Origin: a virus
Lineage: Duplodnaviria; Caudoviricetes
DNA length: 64,000 nt
Reading direction: 5' to 3' (one strand)
Virus record (IMG/VR): IMGVR_UViG_3300014208_000002
Location: 96,001-160,000 of that record
Positions 63,797-64,000 of this stretch are shown here, one piece after another. The notes below the pieces were generated by a model. It saw nothing but the letters and a program-made list of their open reading frames with translations, searched no databases and was not told where the DNA came from. Numbering within the stretch: position 1 is the stretch's first letter; each line of letters begins with the position of its first letter. The translations under genes and the position numbers were made by a program.

Positions 63797-64000
63797 ATGG
63801 CAAGACAGCATTTAGTAGAGAATTTTTCAAAAGACTGGAAAGAGCCTCTAATTGTAACAAAACTTCCTCTTACTGAAAGCAACTCTTTAGTTGAATCTGA
63901 TGGAAAACAATATAAGGCTATTGAGGGCTATGAAGTACCAGTATGGAGACTTGGGGTAAAAAATCTCAATGAGAGGGTTTATTCTGAGGCTTTAGGACGA
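63797..64000 (+). CDS. Prohead protease (gp21-like), partial
   Basis: Hand translation MARQHLVEN...KNLNERVYSE; the N.N.RVY motif; follows portal. Confidence 0.7.
   Translation, partial: MARQHLVENFSKDWKEPLIVTKLPLTESNSLVESDGKQYKAIEGYEVPVWRLGVKNLNERVYSEALGR

Noticed and set aside
28033-63860. Many short antisense ORFs inside long genes
   Set aside because: Shadow frames of AT-rich coding sequence with no independent signals
1-64000. CRISPR array
   Set aside because: No regularly spaced repeat-spacer series was seen; the recurring similarity in 4.7-21 kb is tRNA T arms

Overview
This AT-rich window looks like part of a large T4-like (jumbo-type) tailed phage genome, read in the standard genetic code. 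The left third (about 1-23 kb, minus strand) is an accessory and RNA region. It holds 21 complete tRNA genes (none with encoded CCA), two further tRNA-like elements, about ten unexplained structured RNAs including one of about 480 nt, RNA-repair genes (RtcB, HAD, metallophosphoesterase), a ThyX-like protein, thioredoxin and HNH endonucleases. The middle and right (about 23-64 kb) hold replication, recombination and morphogenesis genes: FEN/RNase H, beta-clamp, a 1351-aa PARP-like protein, a family-A-polymerase-like orphan, SSB, RecU, a sigma-like factor, a fractured recA, two DNA methyltransferases, NrdJ with an intein, terminase, HU, DnaC/DnaB, an Mre11-like nuclease, portal and the start of the prohead protease. 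The most notable observations are: (i) recA split by a naturally split intein with an 11-residue N-fragment and an intervening GIY-YIG gene; (ii) several structurally non-canonical tRNAs; (iii) a large ornate ncRNA and smaller orphan RNAs; (iv) a probably virion-packaged PARP-like protein; (v) a TACTAATA late-promoter candidate that sits inside RBS-occluding hairpins before homing endonuclease genes. All protein and RNA family assignments come from motif recognition and folding by eye. No database search was run.
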